Notes: generated by a model not told the origin, from the letters alone. 64,000 nucleotides of DNA from Longimicrobiales bacterium (GCA_965226375.1 CBDDCX010000007.1:224001-288000), one strand, 5' to 3'; shown: positions 30,585 through 42,245, counted from the stretch's first letter. Numbers and translations are program-made.

Positions 30585-32671
30585 ATGTCCCAGACAAAGC
30601 GTTTTATCCGCGAGATCCACCGCCGCTCGCTATGGCAGGTGTTGTCGATCTATTTGACGGCTTCGTGGATCGCCGTTCAGGTCGTCCAGACCCTGGCGGA
30701 TAGCGCGGGTCTGCCGAGTTGGGTTCCTGCCATGGCTGTCGCCTTGCTGGTGATCGGGTTCCCGATCGTCATGGCCACCGCGTTCATCCAGGAAGGCATC
30801 GGACACGACCACGGCTCCACGGACGAGGAGCCGTCTGTGGAGGATATCAGGTCACGGTCGGCCGCCCGGTGACCCGACAGCTCTTTACCTGGCGGCACGC
30901 GATGGCCGGTGGTGTCGCCGCATTCGCGCTCTGGGGAGTCGTCGCCACGTTCTTGCTGCTGTCGGGCCCGCGTGGAGAGAGTTCCACCGCCGGCGCCGGG
31001 CCGGACCGGCCTGTCATCGCGGTTCTCCCCTTCACCAGCGGTGGCTCTGAAGAGGACTCGAAGACACTCAGCCTGGGGTTGCACGACGACCTTCTCACGC
31101 GACTGTCCAAGATCAAGGCGCTCCGCGTGATCTCGCGAACGTCGATGATGCAGTATCAGGAGACGACAAAGGATATCCGCGCCATCGGGCGGGAGCTCGG
31201 TGCTGCTGCGATCCTCGAGGGAAGCGTGCTCGCGGTTGGTGACCAGGTAAGAGTGAATGCGCAGCTCATCGACGCGTCGACGGACGAGCACCTGTGGGCC
31301 GACAACTACCAGATGGCGTACACGCTCAAGAACATCTTCGACCTTCAACGCGAGATCGCGGAGCGAATTGCCGAAGCCTTGAGCGCGACTCTGCTTCCCG
31401 ACGAGAAGACCGAGTTGGCGGCGGTTCCGACCGAGGACCTGGACGCCTACAACTTTTTCCTGAGAGGTAACCGCTACTTCGACGCAGGTCCGCGCTCGGA
31501 CGACTTCACTGTGTCGTTCCAGATGTACGAACAGGCGATCGAGCTCGATCCGGAGTTCACGGATGCCTACGTGCGGCTCGCGCTGGCCCGAAGCGAACGC
31601 TGCCAGAACCGCGGCACCTGCTTCCGTCCAGAGAATCGGATAGCCATCCTCGAGGCGGCTTCAAGGGCGCTATCGCTGGCGCCTGATCTGCCCCAGGCGA
31701 TGGTGGCGATGGGGTACTACCACTACGCCGTCGAGCGTGACTTCGAGAAGGCGCTCGACTATGGATTGCGAGCGGAGGAGGATGGTCTGGGTGATGCCGA
31801 GGTGCATCACCTGTTGGGAGCCGTGAAGCGTCGGATGGATGATTTCGAGGGCTCGATCGAGAGCTTCGCTGAGGCAGCGCGCCTCGATCCGCTTTCCGGG
31901 CACTTCCTGGAAGACCTCGGTCATACGTCGCTGTACGTACGCCTCTTCGAAGAAGCGGAGGAGATCCTCCGCAGGGCGATTGCGTTGGCGCCGAACGAGC
32001 GCACCGCGTACGGATACCTCGGTGACCTCTACTTGAGCGTCGATGGGACCGACACGAAGAGAGCACGGAACGCCGTGCTGGAGTTTTCGGATACCACCGT
32101 TGGAACAGTGCAATCGGTGCTTTAGAGGGCCGACTTGATCGACGGCGACTTCGCTGCTGCCCTGGCCAGACCATATACGCAGCGTAACACATACCGGCGC
32201 GCGAAGACCCTCGAGCTTGCCGGTCGCTTGGATGAGGCTCGGGTTGCCTGGGATTCCATGGCCATTAACACGGCACCTTGGGTCGAGGAGAATCCGGATG
32301 TCCGCGGGGCGAGAATCACACTGGCTCGGGCCTACGCGGCGCTCGGTCGAGGCGAGGAAGCCGTCCAGCACGCCACGATCGTGATGGAGGACATGCCCTT
32401 CACGCGAGATGCGGTAGCGGCAGTGGGTTATCACTACCAGGCGGCCGAGATTTTCGCGCTCGTGGGTGAGCCGACGCGGGCAGTACAACTCTTGGAGCTC
32501 CTGCTCGATCGGAACTCCGGGGTAACAGCTGCGGAATTGGCGGCCGATCCCGAGTTGGGTTCCCTCCGTGACCGTCCCGACTTCCGAGCGCTGATCGAGC
32601 GCTGGTACCTCGCCCGTGTGGGCGCCGTACTCGCGATGTCGCTGGTGATCTCCGCCGCCCTTCCGTCGTAG
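30585..32671 (+). pseudogene. Membrane-anchored TolB-like/TPR protein (adenylate-cyclase-associated type) with two frameshifts
   Basis: EIHRRSLWQV N-terminus, IAVLPF, LRVISRTS, VRVNAQLID, HLWAD and TPRs. Frame breaks near 30850 and 32120. Confidence 0.75.
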
Positions 32672-32695
32672 CCGTCACCCTTTACGTTCGTTCCC

Positions 32696-33751
32696 ATGGA
32701 AATCGGCATCTACTCCTTCGTCGAGACGGCGTTCGACTCCGAGACGGGACGCCAACTCAAGGTTGAGGAGCGGCTCGCACACCTCCTCGAAGAGATCGAG
32801 CTGGCCGATCAGGTGGGCCTCGACGTCTTCGGCGTCGGTGAGCACCATCGTGCCGACTATGCGGTCTCGGCCCCGGCCATCGTCTTGGCCGCTGCCGCGG
32901 CCCGTACCAGCAAGATCCGGCTCACCAGTGCGGTCTCGGTGCTGAGCTCCGACGATCCGGTGCGTGTCTTCCAGGACTTCGCCACTCTGGACCTCATTTC
33001 GGGCGGACGCGCGGAGATCATGGCGGGGCAGGGGTCGTTCACGGAGTCGTTCCCACTGTTCGGTCAGGACCTGTCGGACTACGACGAGCTCTTCTCGGAG
33101 AAGCTGGAGCTGCTGCTGCGGTTGCGGGAGGAGGAGCGTATCACCTGGTCGGGTCGGCATCGGCCGTCCATCGAGGATCGCGCCGTGTACCCGCGTCCCG
33201 TTCAGGATCCCATCCCGGTCTGGTTAGCCGTGGGCGGAACGCCTCAGTCCGTGATGCGGGCGGCCACGTTGGGTCTACCGATGGCGTTGGCCATCATCGG
33301 CGGTGCGCCGGAGCGCTTCAAGCCGGTCGTGGATCTCTACCGGGACACGGCGGCACGGGCGGGTCACGATCCGGCCACACTCCCGCTCAGCATCAACTCC
33401 CACGGTTTTATCGCGGACGACGCGGCGGACGCGGCGGACATCTCCTTTCCGCCCTATGCCGAGACCATGACGCGCATCGGAAGCGAGCGCGGCTGGCCGC
33501 CTGCTACCCGCCGTCAGTTCGACGCCGAGGCCGAGCTGAGGGGTGCACTGTTCCTAGGGAGTCCTCAGCAGATCATCGACAAGATCCTCTTCCAACACGA
33601 GATCTTCGGACATCAGCGTTGTCTGATTCAGCTCACGGTCGGGCCGACGCCTCACGACAAGGTCATGAGGGCCATCGAGCTGCTGGGCACCGAGGTCGCA
33701 CCGGTGGTGAGGCGGGAGTTGCGCGTGCCTACTCATCCAGCAAGCGATTGA
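32696..33751 (+). CDS. LLM-class flavin-dependent oxidoreductase
   Basis: [31 protein letters not shown]. Confidence 0.92.
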   Translation: MEIGIYSFVETAFDSETGRQLKVEERLAHLLEEIELADQVGLDVFGVGEHHRADYAVSAPAIVLAAAAARTSKIRLTSAVSVLSSDDPVRVFQDFATLDLISGGRAEIMAGQGSFTESFPLFGQDLSDYDELFSEKLELLLRLREEERITWSGRHRPSIEDRAVYPRPVQDPIPVWLAVGGTPQSVMRAATLGLPMALAIIGGAPERFKPVVDLYRDTAARAGHDPATLPLSINSHGFIADDAADAADISFPPYAETMTRIGSERGWPPATRRQFDAEAELRGALFLGSPQQIIDKILFQHEIFGHQRCLIQLTVGPTPHDKVMRAIELLGTEVAPVVRRELRVPTHPASD

Positions 33752-34292
33752 CGGCGATTCGAAGGGCCGGAGGCGGCATGAACCCGAAGATCCGGTGCCG
33801 GATGATGCCCTGGCGGTCGATGAGGAAGGAAGTGGGAATGGTGGTGACTCCTCCGAACGCCCGATCGGCGGTGGCAGAGGTCTGCACCACGGGGTAGGTG
33901 ATGTCACGCTCGAGCAAGAACGCTCGGACCTCGCTCCAGCTTCCTCGATCCGTCGAGACGCCCAGGATCGTGAAGCCCTGATCCCGTTTGTCATCGTACA
34001 GCTTCTGGAAGCCCGGCATCTCGAGCTTGCACGGGCCACACCACGTCGCCCAGAAGTTCACCAGAACCACTTGGCCTTCCAGGTCCGCCAAAACCACCGG
34101 TTGTCCGTCGGGGCTCTCGAAGACCACTGCCGGTGCCGTGCCTACAGGGCCGCCGACCCCGATCATTGCCGCCATCTGCGGCCACAGGCGATGCGCCGCG
34201 AAGGTGAGGATCGCCACGGTCAGGACCGTCTCCACGCGTTTCCACGTGAGCCAGGCGGGAATCCACCGCCGGTCTTCGACTCTCTCGTTCAT
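33729..34292 (-). CDS. TlpA/ResA-like thiol-disulfide oxidoreductase
   Basis: [27 protein letters not shown]. Confidence 0.9.
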   Translation of the reverse strand: MNERVEDRRWIPAWLTWKRVETVLTVAILTFAAHRLWPQMAAMIGVGGPVGTAPAVVFESPDGQPVVLADLEGQVVLVNFWATWCGPCKLEMPGFQKLYDDKRDQGFTILGVSTDRGSWSEVRAFLLERDITYPVVQTSATADRAFGGVTTIPTSFLIDRQGIIRHRIFGFMPPPALRIAVNRLLDE

Positions 34293-34448
34293 GTCTCCAG
34301 AATCCTGCGATTGGCGGTCGAGTTCAAGAGGTGACTCCCTCCCGACCAACGGCTCGTCCGTTTGGCGATCGAGGTAGGAAACAGTGTGGACCGTCACCCG
34401 TAGCCTTCGAACCGTGCTCTCGACTAGCTTTCGGGACACCTGCTAACC

Positions 34449-34931
34449 ATGACCCAGGACGTGCCCATGAACGTGAGTGTAGGCGACCGAGCCTCTCGCA
34501 GCATGACGCTTACCGCGGAGCACGTGGAGCAGTTCTCCGCTCTCAGCGGGGACTATAATCCCTTGCACTTTGACGAAGACTTCGCGGCCGCGACGCCCTT
34601 TGGAAAGCTGGTCGTGCAGGGGGGACTGACGACCGGCATCCTGCATGCGCTGGTGGCCGAAGACATGCCGGGGCCAGGCACCGTGTTCCTCAGCCAGAAC
34701 TGGAAGTTTACCGCCCCCGTCTCCGTCGGTGACACGATCACGGCCGAGGCGGAGATACTCACGGTACACGCGACCAAACCGGTGACCAGTCTCGCCGTCG
34801 AGGTAAAGCGACAGGATGGGGAGACGGTCCTCGAGGGTGAGGCCTGGTGCTATACGTTTGCGGGGAACCGTGAGCCCGCCTCGGAGACGTCCCCCGACTC
34901 CACGCCCCCGCCTGATTCCACCACCACCTGA
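34449..34931 (+). CDS. MaoC-family dehydratase
   Basis: SGDYNPLHFD, PGPGTVF, FTAPV. Confidence 0.88.
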   Translation: MTQDVPMNVSVGDRASRSMTLTAEHVEQFSALSGDYNPLHFDEDFAAATPFGKLVVQGGLTTGILHALVAEDMPGPGTVFLSQNWKFTAPVSVGDTITAEAEILTVHATKPVTSLAVEVKRQDGETVLEGEAWCYTFAGNREPASETSPDSTPPPDSTTT

Positions 34932-34937
34932 CCGACC

Positions 34938-35708
34938 ATGAGCCCTCTCCCTCGCCGGCTCGCAGTCCCGACACTGTTGGCCGCCAGTCTCTGCGTGCTG
35001 GTCCCCGTCCCGACCCGTGCTCAGACGGCTCGGGAGATCATCGATCAAGTGGATCGCCTTCTCAGGGGCGAGTCCAGCGTGGCCCGGTTCACCATGGACA
35101 TCCGGACGGAGCACTGGGAGCGCTCGCTTACGCTGCGCGCCTGGTCGCTGGGAACCGAGTACGCCCTCGTGCGCGTCGAGACTCCCACCAAAGAGGCCGG
35201 AACGGCGACGCTGAAGGCGGGCCAGGAGGTCTGGAACTACCTGCCCAGGGTGGACCGCACCATCAAGGTCCCGTCGTCCATGATGATGGGGTCGTGGATG
35301 GGATCCCACTTCACCAATGACGATCTGGTGAAGGAAAGCACGCTCGTCGAGGACTACGAGATCGAGGTCGAGTTCGAGGGTGTCCGAGAGGATGTGAACG
35401 TTTGGGAATTCCTCCTTCTCCCGCTCCCCGAGGCTCCGGTCGTGTGGAGCAAGATCCGTTACCAGGTGCGGCGGGACGATCTCATGCCCACCTGGGCTCG
35501 TTACTACGACGAGCGGGACGATCTCGTCCGTACGATGACCTTCACCGAGCACCGGGTGATGGACGGCCGCTTGGTGCCGGCCGTCATGACCGTGGAGCCC
35601 GCCGACGATCCGGGTGAGGTCACGCGCATCCGCTACCACGAGCTGGAGTTCGACATCGGAGTCGACGAGGACTTCTTCTCTCTGCGCAACCTTCGGCGCC
35701 AGAGGTAG
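34938..35708 (+). CDS. Outer-membrane lipoprotein-sorting (LolA-like) protein
   Basis: Signal peptide, WNYLPRVDRTIK, SWMGSHFTNDDL. First gene of the ABC cluster. Confidence 0.8.
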   Translation: MSPLPRRLAVPTLLAASLCVLVPVPTRAQTAREIIDQVDRLLRGESSVARFTMDIRTEHWERSLTLRAWSLGTEYALVRVETPTKEAGTATLKAGQEVWNYLPRVDRTIKVPSSMMMGSWMGSHFTNDDLVKESTLVEDYEIEVEFEGVREDVNVWEFLLLPLPEAPVVWSKIRYQVRRDDLMPTWARYYDERDDLVRTMTFTEHRVMDGRLVPAVMTVEPADDPGEVTRIRYHELEFDIGVDEDFFSLRNLRRQR

Positions 35709-35712
35709 TCGG

Positions 35713-36975
35713 GTGGGGGATCGTTGGGTGTGGTGGCGGCTGGCGTGGCGCAACCTGTGGAGAAACCGGAAGCGTACGCTCATCACGGCCTCCGCGCTCA
35801 CCTTCGGCTATCTGGCCTCCGTGACCATGATCGGAATCTGGAACGGCATGGTGGCCGAGATGATCGAGACGGGGACCAACCTGGTCTCGGGGCAGTTGCA
35901 GATGCACGCTCCAGATTATTATCCCGAGCGCAGCATGTATGAGACGTTGGGTGGTCGGGCCGGGATCGACGTAGACGAGCTTGTTCGGGTGACCCAAGGT
36001 ATTCCAGGTGTGGTCGCGGCGTCTCCTCGCGTATACGGGGGAGGGCTCGTCAGCTCCGGTGATGAGACGGTAGCAGGCATCCTGGTCGGAGTTGACCCGA
36101 TCCGGGAAGCAGGAGTCACGCGGCTTCTGTCGTTGCCGGTGGAGGGTCGCGCACCCCGTAGGGGCGAACGCGAGATCTTCATCGGGCGGGACATGGCCGA
36201 CCTGCTACGGGTCGAAGCGGGAGACGAGGTAGTCCTGGTGGCGCCTGCCATGGACGGATCCCTGGGCAACGACCTGTACTCCGTGAGCGGGATATTCGAC
36301 ACCGGTATGGCGGCGCTCGACGGATCTCTAGCCATCATGCCCATCCGGTCACTCCAGGATCTCCTCGCCATGCCGGAAGATCGGGTGCACGAGGTGGCTG
36401 CGGCGCTCGCCGACCCCTGGACTGCTCCGGCTCTCAGCGATTCGCTCGCCTCCGTGGCAGAGGGTCTTGGCTACCCGGTCACCCCGAGGCCCTGGACGGT
36501 CTTTCGGGCGGAGCTCGCGGAATACGCCAGCCTTGCCAAGGCAGTGAACGGGATCATCGTCGGCATCGTCTTCGTCATGGCCATCTTCGGGGTCGCGAAC
36601 ACCATGCTGCTCGGGACCTTCGAGCGTCGCCGTGAGTTCGCCGTGGTGCGAGCCCTCGGCACCCGGCCATCGCGCGTGGCGCTGACCGTGGTCTACGAAG
36701 GCCTGATCCTGGGCATCATCGCCCTCGCTGCGGGGGCCGTACTTTCCGTACCGATCCTCTATTGGCTTCACAACTACCCGCCGGATCTCTCCAATCTTTG
36801 GGGTGACTTCACCATGGCCGGGGCCGTGGTTCGCCCCGTGCTCCGAGCCGACTATTCGCTCGAGGGTTCGGTATGGAGTGCGGCCGGCCTGTTGGTGACC
36901 TCGATCATTGCGGCGTTCTACCCGGCGATCCGTGCCGTGCGGATAGCGCCGGCCGACGCCTTGTCCGACGCGTGA
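35713..36975 (+). CDS. ABC transporter permease (FtsX/LolE-like)
   Basis: LAWRNLWRNRKRT, ERRREFAVVRALG, YPAIRAVRIAP. Confidence 0.9.
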   Translation: MGDRWVWWRLAWRNLWRNRKRTLITASALTFGYLASVTMIGIWNGMVAEMIETGTNLVSGQLQMHAPDYYPERSMYETLGGRAGIDVDELVRVTQGIPGVVAASPRVYGGGLVSSGDETVAGILVGVDPIREAGVTRLLSLPVEGRAPRRGEREIFIGRDMADLLRVEAGDEVVLVAPAMDGSLGNDLYSVSGIFDTGMAALDGSLAIMPIRSLQDLLAMPEDRVHEVAAALADPWTAPALSDSLASVAEGLGYPVTPRPWTVFRAELAEYASLAKAVNGIIVGIVFVMAIFGVANTMLLGTFERRREFAVVRALGTRPSRVALTVVYEGLILGIIALAAGAVLSVPILYWLHNYPPDLSNLWGDFTMAGAVVRPVLRADYSLEGSVWSAAGLLVTSIIAAFYPAIRAVRIAPADALSDA

Positions 36976-38231
36976 AACGGACGCCGACGCTGCTGCGATT
37001 GGCGGCCCGTGGGGTGCTGCGCGAGGCGAGGCGTAGCGTGCTCACCGCGTCGGCCATGGCGCTGGGCCTGGCTCTCCTCATGTTCTCCCGGTCCCTGGCG
37101 GACGGGGGCCACGAGGATTGGATCAACGCCGGCGTGCGGATGGGGGCCGGCCATGTCTTGATTCAAGCGCCCGGCCATCGGGAGAGCGGGAGCCTCGAAG
37201 ACCGACTGTCGGAGGCCCAGGCGAGTCTGTCGCTGGCTGCTCTGGAGGGTCTCGAGGGGCCCTTGGCACCTCTGGCCACCACGCTGCGCCTCTCCACGAA
37301 CGGCCTTGCCAGCTCGGCTTCGTCCGCTGTGCCTGCCGCGATCCAGGGCGTGGATCCAACCCTCGAGTCGGGATTCTCACATGCGGTGGACAAGCTCACG
37401 GACGGACGCTACCTGAAGGTCGACGACCGTTTGGCTGCCTATGTGGGCACGGCCATGGCCGAGCGCCTGGGGCTGTCCCTCGGTTCACGGTTCGTCCTGA
37501 CGGCTCAGTCGGCGAGCGGGGACATCGAGGGCCAGCTCGTACGGGTGGTCGGAATGTTTCGCACGGGGCTTCCCGAGGTGGACGAGGCTCTGGTGCACAT
37601 TCCGATCTCGACGGCACGCACCTGGTTGGCTGCCGAGGGGGCCGTGACCACGGTCGGGGCGATCCTGCCGGGCAGCCGGATCGTCCCGGACGTGGTGCGT
37701 GAACTCGAGGCCGCCCTGGAATCGGACGGCGTACGTGTGCTGAGTTGGCGTGAGGCCTACCCCCAGCTGGACGCCGCGGTACGCATCGACGACTACGGCG
37801 ACTTCATCTTCCATGGCATTCTGTTCGCCATCGTCGCGCTGGCCGTGCTAAACACCGTGCTCATGTCCGTGCTGTACAGGAAGCGGGAGTTCGCTGTGCT
37901 CCAGGCGCTCGGGCTGACCCCGGGCGAGACCGGTCTCGTGGTGTTCACCGAAGGCCTTCTGCTGACGGCACTGGCCGGTGTCGTCGGAATCATTCTGGGA
38001 GCCGCGGTGACCTGGGTGTTCTTTCGAGACGGGCTGGATTTCTCCGGCCTCATGTCCGAGGAGTTCACGTTCTCGGGCATCGTCATGGATCCGGTCATCG
38101 TTCCGGAATTCAGAATCGCGCATGTCCTGCAGAGTGCCTTTTCCATCGCCGTCGTCGGCGTCACGGTGTCCATCTATCCCGCTTACCAGGCCACCAAGAT
38201 CGACGTAGGGGAGGCGTTGAAATTCGAATGA
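36972..38231 (+). CDS. ABC transporter permease (FtsX/LolE-like)
   Basis: Paralog of the previous gene. RKREFAVLQALG, YPAYQATK. Confidence 0.9.
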   Translation: MKRTPTLLRLAARGVLREARRSVLTASAMALGLALLMFSRSLADGGHEDWINAGVRMGAGHVLIQAPGHRESGSLEDRLSEAQASLSLAALEGLEGPLAPLATTLRLSTNGLASSASSAVPAAIQGVDPTLESGFSHAVDKLTDGRYLKVDDRLAAYVGTAMAERLGLSLGSRFVLTAQSASGDIEGQLVRVVGMFRTGLPEVDEALVHIPISTARTWLAAEGAVTTVGAILPGSRIVPDVVRELEAALESDGVRVLSWREAYPQLDAAVRIDDYGDFIFHGILFAIVALAVLNTVLMSVLYRKREFAVLQALGLTPGETGLVVFTEGLLLTALAGVVGIILGAAVTWVFFRDGLDFSGLMSEEFTFSGIVMDPVIVPEFRIAHVLQSAFSIAVVGVTVSIYPAYQATKIDVGEALKFE

Positions 38232-38941
38232 CGACCGAGAGCCCGAGGGTGGCGACCGATATCGCCGTGCGTACCGAGGACGTCTGGAAGATCTACCCGC
38301 AGGAGCCGGAGCCCGTCGAAGCGGTACGGGGCGTGTCCCTCGAGATCCGGGAGGGCGACTTCATGACCATGGCGGGTCCGTCCGGGTCGGGAAAGACGAC
38401 CCTTCTCAATATGCTCGGGGGCCTCACACGCCCGACGAGAGGGCGTCTCTGGGTCCGGGATGACGAGATCACGGAACTTTCGAACAAGGAACTCGCACGG
38501 CTCCGACTCGAGAGCATCGGCTTCGTCTTCCAGGCGTTCAATCTGCTGCCCGTCCTGTCGGCTCTCGAGAACGCCGAGTTCTCGCTCCTGCTACGCGGCG
38601 TGCCGGCGGCGGAGCGCCACCGGCGTGTGCGAGAGCTCTTCCGGGAGATCGGGCTCGAAGGGCTGGAGGATCGCAGGCCGGGTAGACTGTCGGGTGGTCA
38701 ACAACAGCGCGTCGCGGTCGCGCGGGCGGTCATTGGCCAACCCACCCTGGTACTCGCGGACGAGCCCACGGCGAATCTGGACTCCCACACGAGCGACGCC
38801 CTGCTCGACGTGATGGAAGAGCTGAACCGGGAGCACGGCACCACGTTCTTGTTCTCGACCCACGATCCCCGGGTCGTCGAGAGGGCGCGCCGTCGCGTGA
38901 GCCTGGTGGACGGGCAGATCGCGACGGACGAGCGGGTATGA
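38228..38941 (+). CDS. ABC transporter ATP-binding protein (LolD-like)
   Basis: GPSGSGKTT, LSGGQQQRV, LADEPT, STHD. Confidence 0.93.
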   Translation: MTTESPRVATDIAVRTEDVWKIYPQEPEPVEAVRGVSLEIREGDFMTMAGPSGSGKTTLLNMLGGLTRPTRGRLWVRDDEITELSNKELARLRLESIGFVFQAFNLLPVLSALENAEFSLLLRGVPAAERHRRVRELFREIGLEGLEDRRPGRLSGGQQQRVAVARAVIGQPTLVLADEPTANLDSHTSDALLDVMEELNREHGTTFLFSTHDPRVVERARRRVSLVDGQIATDERV

Positions 38942-38985
38942 CGGCTCCCGAGGTGCTGCACGGGCGGCACGAAAGGCGCTGACGC

Positions 38986-40194
38986 TTGGGGGCATTGATC
39001 GGCGCGGTCGTGTGTCTTGTCGCGTGCCTCGCCTTGGGACCGGGCACGCTGGGAGCCCAGGTGGCCGATCTGTCCGCCTACTACTTCAACCTCGCCGGCC
39101 ACTCCGGGCCAAGCCCTGTCAGCGATTCGGGGCTCAGCGACTTCCAGCGCTTTCGTCTCATGTGGGCGCCCTCCCTTGGGTCCGTGGGTCTGGACGTGGC
39201 CTATGAGCATACGCTTCAGCTCAGCGCAGAAGGCGTGATGGGTACAGGGGCGGTGCTAGCCCCGACCGCCGGAGTCAACTGGCTGGACCTCGACTGGACC
39301 GTTGAGGAGAGTGACCACGTCTTGTGGCGGCATCGTGTGGATCGCCTGGCGCTCTCGTTTCCGATCGGAGAGTCGGTGGAGGTTGCCGTGGGACGGCAGG
39401 TCGTATCGTGGGCGAGTACGCTGATCCTTACGCCCGCCGATCCGTTCACGCCGTTCGACCCCGCGGATCCGTTTCGCGAGTACCGGGCCGGTGTCGACGC
39501 AGCCCGGGTTCGTGCCTACCCGGGGGCGTTCAGCGAGGTGGACATTATCGTGCGCCCGACGACGTCGTCGGATGGCGACCAGCTCACGGCGCTCGTGCGC
39601 GGAAAGACCAACTGGCGGGGGTGGGACGTCGCCGCGTGGGGTGGCGTGCTGTTCGATGACGCAGCCGGGGCGGTGAGCGCGGTTGGAGCCTGGGCCGGCT
39701 GGGCCGTACGTACCGAGGTTGCCGTTCGGGACGACGGGAACAGGTCCGTGCTCAGGGGCACGGTCGGACTCGACCGTCGGTTCGCGGTACGCGGCCGCGA
39801 TCTATACGTGATCGTGGAGTATCAGCACGACGGCTTCGGCGCGGCAGACGCGGACGACCTGTTCCAGACCACTCTTTCCGCAGCATTCCAACGGGGCGAG
39901 CTACAGCTCCTGGCGCGGGACGCGCTGGCCACCCAGGCCTCGTACCAGATCCAGCCCCTGTGGGCCCTCGACCTTTTGGCCCTCACCAGCCTTTCGGACG
40001 GTAGCGTCCTCCTTTCGGGCGGGGGAACGTGGGGGTTTTCGTCGCACTCCAGCCTGCGGGGTGGGACGTTCGTGGGCTTCGGCGACGATTCCTTGGCACC
40101 TATCGCGGCGTCAGCCGCGGCTCCCACCGGCATCGGCTCGGAGTTCGGACTGACCCCGTCCGTGCTCTATCTTTCGTTGACCCATTTCTTTTGA
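38986..40194 (+). CDS. Putative outer-membrane beta-barrel protein
   Basis: Signal peptide, VGRQVVSW and GVDAAR motifs, terminal Phe. Confidence 0.6.
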   Translation: MGALIGAVVCLVACLALGPGTLGAQVADLSAYYFNLAGHSGPSPVSDSGLSDFQRFRLMWAPSLGSVGLDVAYEHTLQLSAEGVMGTGAVLAPTAGVNWLDLDWTVEESDHVLWRHRVDRLALSFPIGESVEVAVGRQVVSWASTLILTPADPFTPFDPADPFREYRAGVDAARVRAYPGAFSEVDIIVRPTTSSDGDQLTALVRGKTNWRGWDVAAWGGVLFDDAAGAVSAVGAWAGWAVRTEVAVRDDGNRSVLRGTVGLDRRFAVRGRDLYVIVEYQHDGFGAADADDLFQTTLSAAFQRGELQLLARDALATQASYQIQPLWALDLLALTSLSDGSVLLSGGGTWGFSSHSSLRGGTFVGFGDDSLAPIAASAAAPTGIGSEFGLTPSVLYLSLTHFF

Positions 40195-40206
40195 TGCGGG
40201 AGATCG

Positions 40207-41052
40207 ATGGACGACCGTGTGCGAGTGGCACTCATCACCGACGTCTTTCATGACGACCCCGACCGGTCACGGCTAAAGAGTCGCCTGACGGAGGCGCGGG
40301 CGCTCGGTGCTACACTGGCTGTTCTGCCTGAGCTTCCGCTGAACGCGTGGTCGCCGGCCACGCGTGTGCCTCGCGATGAAGATGCCGAGCCGCCCGGGGG
40401 GCCGCGCCAACGGGTGCTTGCCCAGGCCGCAGCCCAGGCGGGCATCACCCTCCTGGGCGGCGCCATCATCACGGATCCCGATACGCACTCGAGGCACAAT
40501 ACCGCCGTCTTGTACGACACGGGTGGTCAGGAGCTGGGCCAGTACAGAAAGGTCCATCTGCCCGAAGAGGAAGGTTACTGGGAGACCTCGCACTACGAAC
40601 CGGGTGCGGAGCCGCCACGCGTGATGGCCGGGCCGGGCGTCGACGTGGGTGTACAGATCTGCTCCGACATCAATCGTCCTCAGGGGTCCCAGCTTCTCCG
40701 TAGTCAGGGGGCCGAGGTGCTCCTGGTTCCGCGGGCCACGCCCGTTGAGACCTACGAGCGGTGGCGGCTGGTGCTTCGGGCCAACGCGGTCATGGCCGAT
40801 GCGTATCTGCTCTCGGTCAACCGACCCCGACCGGAGTTCGATGTCGACATCGGAGGCCCCTCGCTCGCTGTCGCCCCGGACGGTGAGGTTCTCTACGAGG
40901 GGACCGATCCGGTCGCGATCGTGGAGCTGCAGGCCCGCCGGGCGGGTGAAGCGGTAGTGCAGTATCCCGGGTATCTGGCCAGACCGGCGGATCTCTACGC
41001 GCGGGGTTGGAGCTCGATCAGCGGAGGGAGCTCGATCAAGGGAGACGGATGA
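40207..41052 (+). CDS. Carbon-nitrogen hydrolase (nitrilase superfamily)
   Basis: E-K-C triad: LPEL, YRKVHLP, QICSD. Confidence 0.9.
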   Translation: MDDRVRVALITDVFHDDPDRSRLKSRLTEARALGATLAVLPELPLNAWSPATRVPRDEDAEPPGGPRQRVLAQAAAQAGITLLGGAIITDPDTHSRHNTAVLYDTGGQELGQYRKVHLPEEEGYWETSHYEPGAEPPRVMAGPGVDVGVQICSDINRPQGSQLLRSQGAEVLLVPRATPVETYERWRLVLRANAVMADAYLLSVNRPRPEFDVDIGGPSLAVAPDGEVLYEGTDPVAIVELQARRAGEAVVQYPGYLARPADLYARGWSSISGGSSIKGDG

Positions 41053-41068
41053 GGGGACTTCGGTTGCC

Positions 41069-41677
41069 CTACCCGGCCGATGCGCTCGTCGAACCGACCT
41101 TCGAGGACTTGGATCGGCGTGGCGTGCTTTTCCGATAGAGACAGAGTCCACCGTAGGCCGTGAGTAGCCCGGCGATCACCCACGTCGCGGTCGGGAAGCG
41201 TTCCAGCAGGAAAGGAAGACCGGCTCCCGACGCCGTGAACACGAGCGCGCCGGGAAAGATGCCCACCGCCGTGGTCCAGAAGAAGCGCCCACGCGGCACC
41301 GGGGTGAGGCCGGTGCCCCAGTTCAGCGCGGTGAAGGCGATCACCGGAATAAAACGTGGAAGGAGTAGGCCCCACCAATCCGCTTCCAGGACGAGCTGAT
41401 CCGCCTTCTCCAGTGACTTCTCCGGAACGAAGCGCTCGGCGAGAGGCCGCCCGAGCCTGCGGGCCAACTCGAAGCTGATCTGAGCACCGACCAAGGCTCC
41501 CCCCCAAGTGAAGAGGGTGCCCAGCACCGGGCCGCACATCATCCCGTTGAGGACCGCCGGGAATTCGGCCGGGATGGGAAGGATGGCAACGAAGGCCATC
41601 GCCAGGGGAGCCAGGACGTACGCCCACACCCCGATGGACTCGAGCCACGTACCGAATTCGTATACGAGTGCTTCCAC
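41069..41677 (-). CDS. VTT/DedA (TVP38/TMEM64) membrane protein
   Basis: GAQISFELARRLGR, RFIPVIAFTALN, FFWTTAVG. Confidence 0.85.
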   Translation of the reverse strand: MEALVYEFGTWLESIGVWAYVLAPLAMAFVAILPIPAEFPAVLNGMMCGPVLGTLFTWGGALVGAQISFELARRLGRPLAERFVPEKSLEKADQLVLEADWWGLLLPRFIPVIAFTALNWGTGLTPVPRGRFFWTTAVGIFPGALVFTASGAGLPFLLERFPTATWVIAGLLTAYGGLCLYRKSTPRRSKSSKVGSTSASAG

Positions 41678-41779
41678 CGTCCCCCCTCCTGGCCCCCGCC
41701 TAATCCCCGTCCGTATCGCCAGAGGAAATGCCCAGCCGTACTACCGAGCCCGCTCGAAAAAGGTGCGTTCCGATGGTGA

Positions 41780-42127
41780 TCACCCCCCGCATCCCGCGCA
41801 CTCACGCGATTCGGGAAAGACGGTGAGTCGCCCGATTTCGATCGGGCTCTCGCAGACGAGGCAGATGCCATACCGACCCTTCTCTACCCGCTCCAGGGCC
41901 CCCAGAACCAATGCGAGCTTCACCTGCTCCCGTTCCCCTAGGCTCTTTGCCATGCTCTGATTCTGGAGGGAGTCCATTCGGGAGAGCCTTCCCACCGCGG
42001 TTTGATCGAGCTCGACGACTTTACTGGCCCGCTCGCTGGCGCCCATGCTGCGCTCCAGTCGACGTAGCTCTCTTTCGAGGTCCTGCCGAAGGTCCTCGAC
42101 CTGATCCGGGGTCAACGGGGGAGACAT
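41780..42127 (-). CDS. DksA/TraR C4 zinc-finger protein
   Basis: GRLSRMDSLQ, YGICLVCESPIEIGRL...CAGC. Confidence 0.88.
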   Translation of the reverse strand: MSPPLTPDQVEDLRQDLERELRRLERSMGASERASKVVELDQTAVGRLSRMDSLQNQSMAKSLGEREQVKLALVLGALERVEKGRYGICLVCESPIEIGRLTVFPESRECAGCGG

Positions 42128-42245
42128 GGCTTCCAGTGTGGCTCGCGACGGGTGTCTCTCGCAACCACAGTGCGATCAGGCGGAACGTATGGTATTTTCC
42201 GGAGACGGGTGACATTGTCCCCGCGAACCCCGATCGAGAGGAACG

